Assembly (NCBI GenBank): GCA_951406725.2
Contig: OX597825.1
Coordinates: 62,992,001 to 63,056,000, forward strand
Length of the DNA: 64,000 nucleotides
Direction: 5' to 3'
DNA from: Octopus vulgaris
Lineage: Eukaryota
This document shows positions 53,257 to 64,000 of this stretch, one piece after another. The notes below the pieces were generated by a model. That model saw nothing but the letters and a program-made list of their open reading frames with translations, did no database searches and was not told where the DNA came from. Every line of letters starts with the position of its first letter. Positions within the stretch are counted from its first letter, which is position 1. Both the position numbers and the translations under genes were made by a program.

Positions 53257-53672
53257 AGGTGGTGAGCTGGCAGTAAAGGCAGGGAGCTGGCAGAAACATT
53301 AGCACGCCGGGTGAAATTCTTAGCAGCTTTTCGTCTGCCGCTACATTCAGAGTTCAAATTCCAACGAGGTCGACTTTGCCTTTCATCCTTCCGGGGTTGA
53401 TAAATTAAGTACCAGTTATGCACTGGAGTCGATGTAATCGACTTAATCTCTTTGGTTGTCCTTGTTTGTCCTCTCTGTGTTTAGCCCCCTGTGGATAGTA
53501 AAGAAATAGGTATTTCATCTGTCATTACGTTCTGAGTTCAAATTCCAACGAGGTCAAATTTGCCTTTTATTTTTCAGGGTTGAAAGATTAAGTACCATTT
53601 GTGTGTTGGGGTCGATTTAATTGACTGGCCCCACTCCCCAAAAATGTTGGGCCTTGTGCCTAGAATAGGAAA
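53257..53672 (+). mobile_element. SINE family A tandem dimer
   Basis: Junction AAAGAAATAG|GTATTTCATCTG near 53510. Confidence 0.85.
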
Positions 53673-54200
53673 GATTATCATTGCCGATATTATTACTGTT
53701 ATTATTATCATGCTTATTATTATCATTACTACTGTTATCATTGTTGTTGTCATTGTCCTTGTTGTTGTTGTTGTTGTCCTTGTTGTTGTTGTTGTCCACA
53801 TCGTCGTTACTCCTTTCCAACACATTTGAAAATTCCTCGTTCATTAATGATGTTTATTAGTTTATCATTAATGAAATATAAACAGCATGTCTGTCTAATT
53901 AAATTTTATATTGTGTTAAAAATTGTTTCTTGTTAGAGTATAAAGAGTTCTTTTGTTTTTGTTTTTGTTTTGTCTTTTAATTGGATTTGCTTCCCAGCAG
54001 ACAAAGTCATGTGGAAAGTGTTGAGTTTAGTATCTCTTTCCTTCTCTCCCCCATCTCTCTCTGGTTAGTTATAGTGCAGGAGGGAGCTGTACTATTCCAA
54101 ACTAATACAAAGCAGGAACATGTCAAGAATTATTGCCCTTTTATCTATCTATCTCTTTATCTATCTATATTGATAAATGTAAATATATATATATATATAT

Positions 54201-54958
54201 AATAAACCTTTACATAAATAAATAACGTGAAATACACGAAGGGACGAACAAAAAGACAAACGGGTCATTCAAAGCCTTCATTCTCTCAGTCAGAAACTGA
54301 TCCCTCATCGCAGATTTCGGCTGTTTAATTCTGAGATCCGCTCTGAATCAGCCAGCCACAGAAGGAAAGAATGCAACGCAACAGAGACGAACATGAAACG
54401 AAAAATCTTTTTTGGAGACAGTAACAGTTAAAAACATGGATGACACAGGCGCCCTACGGCTTTGAGACAAAAAGAGAGACACAAAAACAATATCAGCAAG
54501 CGTGGAAAAATAATTACCTTTTCGGTGATAAGACACATGTTGAACAAGCGGCCGATGGAAACAGAATGGCTGAGGCAGCAAGTCGCAAGAGGGTAAGAGA
54601 GAGAAGGGGGTAAGAGAGAGAGGGGACCAAGGAGGGTGGAAGGCGAGGCCAGAAGCAGTGACCGAGAGAGAGATGGAGAGAAGGAATCAGAGAAGAAGCA
54701 GTGACCAAGAGAGAGAGGGAGAGAAGGAATCAGTGAGGCTGGGAGAAAAAGGCGCCAAAACAATTTGGCAACGAAGCAATGGCGAAGGAAAGAAAATAGT
54801 TTAAAGATATCGTGCAGGGGTTTTGATATGATAAACATAAAGAAGTTATTATGCACGTACGCTGCGAAATATATAATAAACCTTTACATAAATAAATAAC
54901 GTGAAATACATGAAGGGACGAACAAAAAGACAAACGGGTCATTCAAAGCCTTCATTCT
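54201..54958 (-). mobile_element. non-autonomous Penelope-like element with about 83-bp direct terminal repeat
   Basis: AATAAACCTTTACATAAATAAATAACGTG..GCCTTCATTCT at 54201 and 54876. Degenerate GGCTG..CAGCC-GAAA motif on minus. Confidence 0.6.
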
Positions 54959-55587
54959 TCATAAATTTTTGGAAGAAAGCAAGCTAATGTGTATGACAAC
55001 AAAGACAAAAAGAATGAGAAAACAGAGAAAATATTATATGATTACAAATGCAAACAGCAAGAGGATAACAACAGGTGTCTTTTGACTAAAAGGACAAGTT
55101 AAGGTAAGGTGGTGTGTAGAGTGAAAGCTCTGAGGCAAAAACATTGATGAAAATCAGGAGACAGGAAAATAAGGTGTTGTATGGGTGGTGGTCAGGCTGA
55201 GAAAGAACGATCATGCTGGTTGAACACCATGCTTGGTTGAACACCAGTCATGTGGAAGGAATGCAGAGAGGTAGAGGGAAGAGGGATTGAAGAATTAGGG
55301 TAGGAAATAGAGAGAGAGAGAGAGGGGGAGAGGGAGAGAAATGTACAAGGGAGATAATTAAGGAAAATAGAGAGATAAAAGGAGAATGCCAAGAAATGTG
55401 AGAGAGGGGGAGTGAGAAAAAGAAAGAGGGAAAGAAAGAAGAAAGTATAAGGGGGACTAAAACAGAAAAATGTCATAGAGAATTTAGATACATATTTACA
55501 TACAAGGTGAGCAAAACGTTTAGGTGTATATATATATATAAACATACAGCATGGAAGGAAGGCGTTAAATGATGATGATGGTGATGG

Positions 55588-55619
<32 letters not shown>

Positions 55620-55712
55620 GTGGTGGTAATGATGGTGATGATGATGATGATGATGATAATAATGATGGTGATGATGGTGATGATGATGATGATGATGATG
55701 GTAATGATGGTG

Positions 55713-55759
<47 letters not shown>

Positions 55760-56219
55760 GATTATGATGGTGGTGATGCTGGTGGTGATGATGATGATTA
55801 TGATGGTGGTGATGGTGGTGGTGATGATGATGATGATGATGATTGGTGGTGATGATGATGATGATGATGAGGAGGAGGAGGAGGAGGATGGGGATGATGG
55901 TAGTGGTGGTGATGATGATGATGATGATGAGGATGGTGATAATGATGATGATATATGTATAAATATATATATATATATATACTAATTTGATGAGTGCCAA
56001 TGTACGAAACTCTTGGAACTTGAGTCACTCTGTTACTTCTGCTAATATCAATAAAAACGTACATTTACTCTATATTTTGAGTTCTATTTTTCCTGCTAGC
56101 CTTAACATACCTGCATATATATATATATATATATTTATGCATTTATGTACATACACACATCTGTACACATACATACACACATGCACAGATAAACTATATT
56201 CAGAGATACAATATGTTAA

Positions 56220-56900
56220 GCAGGAGATGACAGTGAATTCAGCAATGAATTTAGCCTGCCTGTAGTGGCCAACCAAGGCACAGCTCCCTTTTGTTCACCT
56301 AACCATCATAGTCTTACAGGCCATCATAAAGGAATTTAAGAAACGTTGTCCATAGGATCTTCTGTATGCTGAAGATATTGTTCTTGGCTAAATGTATAGT
56401 AGAATTAGAGAAGAAATTCCTGGTTTAGAAGAAAATCCTAAATTCAAGATCTCTGAAATAACAAACGCAGCAAACACGTAGGTGTTAATATGAAGGAGAG
56501 AAGACAAGACTTAAGTAATACCATGAAAATGGCTTTGCCTTATAGGAAGAAATGGAGCAGGAGTAAACTCCATGCGATGTATGCAATATGAGTTATAAAG
56601 ACAGAAGTGATATAGAGAAATCACAAACAGACTAACATTAAAAAAACAAGCTTTGTGTTTGCTAAATGCACTGCAGCAAAATGAAGCAAGAACACACAAG
56701 AAAGACACTCTCTTAAATGCCAGGGTGGCTCACTATATGTGGTTGATAGCTTTTGTTATCTTGGTGATATATTTAGAAGATGAAGTGACTGTTCAGAAAT
56801 ATTAAAACCAGGATAAGAATGGGTTAGAGAAAGTATAGGAGCAACTACATTTGCTGGTAACAAAGATCATGTCCTTCAAAGTGAAGAGTAGATTGTATAT
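56220..56900 (+). mobile_element. decayed RTE-like LINE RT fragment
   Basis: IIVLQAIIKEFKKRCP*DLLYAEDIVL (YADD motif) and VVDSFCYLGD. Confidence 0.8.
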
Positions 56901-57940
56901 ACAGCCAAGGTAAAAAAACCCATTCATTTTCCTAAATTATTTGGTATAAATCAAATTGAATATGCTTATTTCTTAGTATTTGAACTGTTAGAGTTATTTT
57001 TGCAATTTATCCAGTACAACCCTTAAACTAGTAAATAGCATTTTCTTAAACAATAGATCCACTTGATCCGTTTAGTGACTTATTCACGAATATACCAAAA
57101 TTATCACTCATGAGGATAATATTCTCTGGGAATGCACAAAAGCCCTTTTCAGAGTTATTTACTTTGAATTGTTATTATCTCATATCTGATTAGCCTGTTA
57201 TTACGTAACATGCTTCACGATTTTAGCACGCATACCATATTAGTATTTCCTCTTAAGTTCTATGTACTATGGGAATGCATTAAAGCCCTTTTGGGGGCTA
57301 CTTTATTTGAATTCTTACTATTGGGTAACTAATTTCATGTTATTACATAACTGACTTCACAATTTGGGTATTCATAACAAATTGGGAATTCCTAAAAACA
57401 GGATCCTGTGTAAGACAGTTTGGTATTCTCTGTAAAGGCACAAAAACAGTTTTAAGGGTTACATACTGTGTATTATTATTGGCTTAGTGAAACAATTATG
57501 AGAACAGAACCAAGGGATAGGCCCTGCTTTCCCAGAAATTACTGCATACGTCAGCAAGTACATATATGTAAAATTTTTACACATATATGTAAAATTTTAG
57601 TTATACTTATCATTGGTAAGTATATGAGTGTAAATGCAAATTTATACTCTATAAGCTTACTCATGTAGTAACAATCTAGAACTCCAAAAGAATGCATTGA
57701 ACCTGTTAACGATTCTGTATAGAAATTCAATATAGACACATCATATAAGCACCCACATACAGACCAAAATTCCAGTGAAGAAACCATGTTCTTTTTGTGC
57801 ATTGGTCTACTTTTATCGGAAACAAATTTGAAAAATTACAACCAGAAAATCATACATATGTACAGATACATACACACACACACATACACAAATGCTCATA
57901 TATCTCTATGAATAAATTTGTATGTATGCATGTGTGTGTG

Positions 57941-57974
<34 letters not shown>

Positions 57975-57991
57975 CATACATACATACATAC

Positions 57992-58068
<77 letters not shown>

Positions 58069-58768
58069 TATATATATATATATACATACATATACACACA
58101 CACACACATACACACACATATATATATATGTGTGTGTGTGTATATATGCATATGTTCATGTATGTACATATGCATGTATGTATATAGAAAGCCACATGGA
58201 TGAATATGTTGAATATGTAAATAGAAACATATTTGAATTGTATTCGGATAAAAACATAACTGCAACACATTTTAGCTGCTTGGTATCAACTTTTTCCAGT
58301 TTACAGATTCTGTTTCCTTTTATGTTATTCAATGTATTGATATAATATCAGACATTTTAACTAATTTGCCACTTTTAAAGTTGCTCCATTCATTTCCTTG
58401 ACTAATAGTCTGTGGAATTTGCAAAGAAAAGTTTGAGAAAATCAGAAAATCAGACACTTAGTCAGCTCAACCTTATCGGTTCTTTAGTATGCATATATCT
58501 TAAATGTAGTTTTCATTCTTCTTTAGTTTTCCTGTTCTACTTATATATGTATGTATATACACACATATGCATAGATACACACACATAAACACACACACAC
58601 ACATATATGCACGTATATATATTCATGCATACATATATATGTTCAAGTTTGTGTGTATGTGTGTCTGTGTGCTTGTGTTAGGCAGTGAGCAAAAATAAAA
58701 CAATGCAGGCTGAAGATAAATTTTAGCAAGTACTGTATTAATTTTGTACTCAAAAAGAAAGGAAAGAA

Positions 58769-58806
58769 TTTTGACTTTTTCGATGTGAGTCCTTCATCAG
58801 AGAAAA
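58769..58806 (-). ncRNA. minimal hammerhead-like motif in probable pLTR remnant
   Basis: UUCU-CUGAUGA-AG-GA-cucaca-UC-GAAA-AA-GUC-AAAA; stems are weak. Confidence 0.45.
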
Positions 58807-59435
58807 CATGAAGAATGAGAAAATATGGTAGGAGAAAATAAAAAGAATTTCATTTGGCAGTTGGGAAGAAAAAAATGGTTAGAGGTCAGGAGAAAGAATT
58901 AGAGAATATATGGTGGGAGAAAATAAAAAGAATTTGATTAGGCAGTTGGGAAGAAAAAACGGGTTAGAGGTCAGGTGGAAATGAAGTTCTAAAGGGGTGC
59001 TAGAAATGGAGGATCAGGTGGAGTGGGATGTGCATTTATAGGAGAGTATCTGGTATAGAGACGAAATGTGGTGTGTGTGTTGTGAATAAGCATCAAATTC
59101 GAGTCAACAACTTTGTATAACACCACACTCCCATACAATTTGATCATATATAAATATTACCATGGCCTTTAACATATAAAAGGAATACATATATAAAAGA
59201 CACAGAAGGTAAAAAAGTATATGCAAATAAAAATACAAATATATAAAACAGCCTATCAAGAAGGTATATACAATCAACTAAAAATTCTAGAGTGTGTTAT
59301 GCAACTAAAAACCTTAATAAAATATCACTCGACTAAAAAATTTTTTATTCCTCTCATTTAAGAATATGTCAACAAAGTTCATTTCATAAAAACCATGGTA
59401 GGCTGGCGTCCAGGAGCATAAGAGAGTTCCACAAA

Positions 59436-59515
59436 ATCAACTCATTTCAGGAGTTCACTTCCATGGTTCAATTATGAGTTAAGGTGCATCTCAGCAATGA
59501 CCCCCTCATCAGGAT
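59436..59515 (-). ncRNA. hammerhead-like motif with long stem II, after a Penelope-like ORF end
   Basis: AUC-CUGAUGA-GGGGGUCA..UGAACUCCU-GAAA-UGA-GUU-GAU. Upstream YRKSKPSNPLN resembles the Penelope C-terminal ..KFKPSLN. Confidence 0.45.
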
Positions 59516-60173
59516 GAACAGGAATCTCAACAATGTGTCATTCAAGGGATTAGAGGGTTTAGATTTACGATACTATCTCATTATTTCCCATTGTAGATGG
59601 GCAGATTTGTTATCTTACTATAACGGGCATTATGTCTCTCTGCCTGTCCATCTCTTTGTCCATTCCCATGGCTGAACCAATGGCTACGATATTTTTCAGG
59701 ATTACAAAGATAATTGTCAGGAAGGCTTTGAAGCATAAAAACATCAGAAAGTATGATTATTTCGTGGATATCGATTTTTGAATTGTTAAACCACATTCGC
59801 ATCTTTATTAAAAATTCACCAAATGAGTAACTCTGGATTTCCATTATATTGTTTGCGGCCCCATCATAGATACAAAGGGGATCACAAGGTTGGTTAATAG
59901 CAAAAATAACGCGGAAAAGTGTGTGTCAGTATGAGGTCAACTTTGCCTTTCATTCTTTCGGGGTCGATAAATTAAGTACCAGTTACGCACTGGGAGTCGA
60001 TGTAATCGACTTAATCCCTTTGTCTGTCCTTGTTTGTCCCCTCTGTGTTTAGCCCCTTGTGGGCAGTAAAGAAATATATATAGTGTATGTGATTATATAG
60101 TGGTTATTGAAGTGTGTCAGTTTCGAGCAGGATTCAAAACAGCTAATCAAAGCAGCTGTTATTTACATCTCTT

Positions 60174-60336
60174 ATAGGTGCAGGAGTGGCTGTGTGGTAA
60201 GTAGCTTGCTAACCAACCACATGGTCCCGGGTTCAGTCCCACTGCGTGGCACCTTGGGCAAGTGTCCTCTGCTATAGCCCCGGGCCGACCAATGCTTTTG
60301 AGTGGATTTGGTAGACGGAAACTGAAAGAAGCCTGT

Positions 60337-60373
<37 letters not shown>

Positions 60374-60581
60374 ATATGTTTGTGTGTCTGTGTTTGTCCC
60401 CCTAGCATTGCCTGACAACCGATGCTGGTGTGTTTACGTCCCCGTTACTTAGCGGTTCGGCAAAAGAGACCGATAGAATAAGTACTGGGCTTACAAAGAA
60501 TAAGTCCCGGGGTCGATTTGCTCGACTAAAAGGCGGTGCTCCAGCATGGCCGCAGTCAAATGCCTGAAACAAGTAAAGAGT
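60174..60581 (+). mobile_element. young full-length SINE family B
   Basis: A box GTGGCTGTGTGG, B box GGTTCAGTCCC, CORE-like GGCACCTTGGGCAAGTG and internal (TA)n(TG)n. Confidence 0.9.
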
Positions 60582-60699
60582 ATCTCAATTTTGCCAATCA
60601 AAATAACTTAGGGTACTAGAACATCCAGACATTATTCATATAGAACAGTGAGAGGTAAGTCTTAGTTTAATTTTTTGCAACCCCAAAGTTTCCCCTCAT

Positions 60700-60876
60700 G
60701 CATTCACAGCAAACAAGGCACAGGGCCAGACTTTAGATCAGGGAGTTGTACTTTTACCCGCTACAATGTTTACTCTCGGCCAGTTACACATTGCTATGAG
60801 TAGAGCAATGGACTCCAGTATTTTGAAAATTAGTGTTGATCAAACAGAATATTTAATTTACAAAGAAGTTTTGTAA
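60700..60876 (+). mobile_element. Helitron Pif1-like helicase C-terminal remnant
   Basis: AFTANKAQGQTLDQGVVLLPATMFTLGQLHIAMSRA..LIYKEVL* (motifs KSQGQT, GQLYVALSR, VYKEV). Confidence 0.85.
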
Positions 60877-61493
60877 TCATATTGATATTATTGAAAAGAA
60901 TATGATTCATAATTGAAATAAAATAATTTGTGAACTTTGAATGTATAAAAGTATCAACAAGCGTAAAATAGTGTAAACAACTAAAATAAAAGTATATCTA
61001 AATAACATATTTTTCTTAATACCTTTTATGTGGTGGTCAAAGGAATCTCTGGCTTTCATTAGGAGTGGTCCACATAACCATTCACGATACAGAAGCTGGA
61101 AGCCTATTTCAGTTCGGGAGTGAATCGTCATCATATGTCACTTAGTCGCAAATGCATGTCATATAGTTGGAAAAGAATGCTGTATTACCAACAATAATGT
61201 GATTTCTCTAAGACATCACCCAGTAATCTATCAAGTCCATTTAGATATTTCTCAATACATACTACTGTTATGACTTCCCTCCTGCATTTTATGCCTCCAT
61301 CATAGACGGGCAAATTTGTTAGTATATTTAATGACAGAAGAACAGGAAAAAATTTTGCATTTAATTTTTATTTTATCATCTGGCAAATACTAACAGTTTT
61401 CAACAAAGTTACCATTAACTCCAAAACATTTTTTGCATTTCGTTTTTGGATTTGATTTGCAAGATTCTTTATATGAGTTCATGTGTTGAAGCA

Positions 61494-61708
61494 TATTCTG
61501 TTGTGTCTGGGGAGAGTCATTTTCTTTTAGTGCCTTATAATGTAACATACTCCCCAGTAAAATTTCCACTTATTTCTTATTTTTATTTTTATTTTAATTT
61601 TTTTATTTTGTTTCCTATAAAAATAAGAAATAAGGGGAAATTTTACCGGTGAGTGTGTTACATTATAAGGCACAGAAAGAAAATAACTCTCCCCAGACAC
61701 AACTGAAT
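61494..61708. repeat. inverted repeat, arms about 90 bp, downstream of Helitron remnant
   Basis: GTTGTGTCTGGGGAGAGTC..CTTATTTCTTATTTTTA is mirrored by TAAAAATAAGAAATAAG..CTCTCCCCAGACACAAC. Confidence 0.9.
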
Positions 61709-62248
61709 TTTTGTGCATTGTTTGCAGATCTACTCTTTAATATTTGAATAGAATTATTTATTCTGTTCTACCAACCACTATTCTGTAGTCAGGTTCATCA
61801 TCGGAGAATCCTCTGCTGTCCAAACGGTGCATCAAATTCTGAAACAGTGAAAACTACAGACAGCAAGATCTTGTGAATAGACAAGGAGAGGTTGTTCTTC
61901 AAATTTACAATCACAGACGTCAGCTTTTAAACACCTGAACTACATAAGGTAGTGTATTGTTGCAAAGAAGCAAGACAATAGAACTGAAGATTTCACTACC
62001 CATTGTCTTGTTGCAATATCAGAACTGCCATAATAGTTCAGCATAATATCTGCCATAATGGTTCAGCATAATGATCTCAGGCACCTGAGATCATTATCGT
62101 GTATGGTATGCAATGAATTAACCAAACACTCACAATTGTTGCGTATGTGTGAATTTTCTTCTTGTCAACTTTCTCTCTTACACTCTACTTTGGATTCAAA
62201 TGCAGACACTATATGTATCTCTTGCATCCTTCTCTCTCATTCTCTCTC

Positions 62249-62283
<35 letters not shown>

Positions 62284-62437
62284 CTCTTCTCTCTCTTTCT
62301 CTCTTTCTCTCTCATTCTCTCTTTCTTTCTCTCTTTCTCTTTTTTCTCCCTCTCTTTCTCTCTTTCTGCCTCTGTATATACTTGTATACAGACACATATA
62401 TGAGTTTATTACCCAAACAGGAATCCAACAAAATACA

Positions 62438-62517
<80 letters not shown>

Positions 62518-62709
62518 GCACACACGGGGTCTGGTTGAAAAGTTCATAAGCTGAGATAGATACTTTCATGAAAAGTGACCAAATGAGTTTATCTTTCAAT
62601 GTAGTCCACCTTGTAATCCACTCACTCCTTCTATCAGTATTGCAGTGATTGGATCCCGTTGATGAAGAAGATTCCATCCTGTTGGTCAAAGAGCCAATCA
62701 ACAGCATAT

Positions 62710-63020
62710 GTTATTGTTGTTTGTTCCTTCTCAAGCCATGCCTGGCTCATAACAGCCAATTTTCCCAGTTACATTGGTTATAGGTTCCCCACCTGGATGG
62801 CACTCTGCTCCATCGCAGATGAACTGCAAGATGCAGGAGGAAAGAATGAGAGAAAGTTGTTGCAAAAGAGTCAGCAGCAGTTTGCCACTATCTTCTGCCA
62901 AAGCTGCATGGAGCTTAGGTGTTTCGCTCATAAATGCACACATCACCCAGTCTGAGATTCGAACCCCTGATTCTTTGACCACAATACCACTGCTCTAACT
63001 ACTAGGCCATATGTCTCCAC
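62710..63020 (-). mobile_element. SINE family D with 12-bp TSD
   Basis: TSD TCAACAGCATAT at 62698-62709 and 63021-63032. Confidence 0.85.
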
Positions 63021-63680
63021 TCAACAGCATATATGATATCATATCACTGTAATACTGGTTTGTTGGGGAACAGATAATGGTAAGATGGAGCCAAATTGGG
63101 AGAAAAGGGAGAGTGATCAACCAGTTCAAAGCCACAGTCATGCACAGCAGCCATTGAAAGCAAGGACTTGTGTGCTGGAGAATTGTACTGATGAAACAAT
63201 ACCCCTTTCCTCAGTTTTATTGGGCAGCTGGTATTGAAATCCTTTCATAACCACCTCAGCAAATTGGCATTGCACTTTTCATTGATAGAGTGGTGCTTTC
63301 AAAGATAATCAAGAAACGCGATGTCTTTTTGCACCCTAGAATACTGGGGTCATAACTTTCCCTACAGATGAAACTACTTTTAGTTTAAGGAGCAGGTGCA
63401 GAGGACACTCTTCTGTATGGATTGTCTCTTTATCTCTGGCTCAAAGTGAGGCACCCAGCACACATGCTGGGTCAAGAAGCAGTCAAGAAAACCAGCTGGA
63501 TCTGTCTCAAACAATGTCAGCTTTTCCTATGATGGGATCAGCCTGCTGTGTTTTTTATCAGGTATCAGAAGATGCGGCCCCACTAAACAGAGACCTTCAT
63601 CATGTCAAGATCATTGGGTAGAATATTCTCAACTCTCTCATGGGACTCTATTTGATTTATAGTCAATCGCCTATAATCTA

Positions 63681-63919
63681 ATTTCTTTATTGCCTACAAG
63701 GGGCTAAACATAGAGGGGACAAACAAGGACAGACAAAGGGATTAAGTCGATTACATCGACCTCAGTGTGCAACTGGTACTTAATTTATCGACCCCGAAAG
63801 GATGAAAGGCAAAGTCGCCCTCGGTGGAATTTGAACTCAGAATGTAAAGACAGAAGAAATACCTCTAAGCATTTCTCCCAGCATGCTAACGTTTCTGCCA
63901 GCTTGCCACCTTAGCCAGC
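63681..63919 (-). mobile_element. SINE family A with 14-bp TSD
   Basis: TSD TCGCCTATAATCTA at 63667-63680 and 63920-63933. Confidence 0.9.
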
Positions 63920-64000
63920 TCGCCTATAATCTATCACCATGTGGTGAACCTAATCGATATTTTCCTTAGTGGTAGCAGCTGCAGAACGTCCAGACCTTGG

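Larger units (their letters stand above)
62522..64000 (-). mobile_element. decayed mariner transposon, split by two SINEs, running off the window
   Basis: PRSGRS, LRKGVLFHQYNSPAH, HSPFSPNLAPSYHYLFP and VDYKVDYIER*. TIR-like CGGGGTCTGGTTGAAAAGTTC. Confidence 0.9.

Noticed and set aside
62068-62097. 14-bp-arm palindrome ATAATGATCTCAGG-ca-CCTGAGATCATTAT
   Set aside because: Short, adjacent to a local tandem duplication, likely a repair scar.

Overview
AT-rich eukaryotic DNA dominated by repeats. The SINE families and (TA)n, (AAT)n and (CAT/CAC)n microsatellites look like a cephalopod (Octopus-like) genome; this is an inference. I found no intact protein-coding gene, and most ORF-track entries are microsatellite artefacts. 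The window holds dozens of tRNA-derived SINEs from about 5 families, RTE/CR1/L2/L1 LINE remnants and three decayed mariner elements. It also holds hAT, Tc1 and piggyBac MITEs, Helitron pieces, solo LTRs, an intronless EF1-alpha fragment and a few decayed exon groups. The most interesting signal is a set of short non-coding Penelope-like elements, often folded back as inverted repeats in microsatellites, that carry minimal hammerhead-ribozyme motifs. One has a compensatory G3-C8 core swap. One family fuses a Pol III tRNA head to a hammerhead tail, a candidate Penelope-dependent SINE. Coordinates of decayed repeats are approximate and all homology calls were made by eye.
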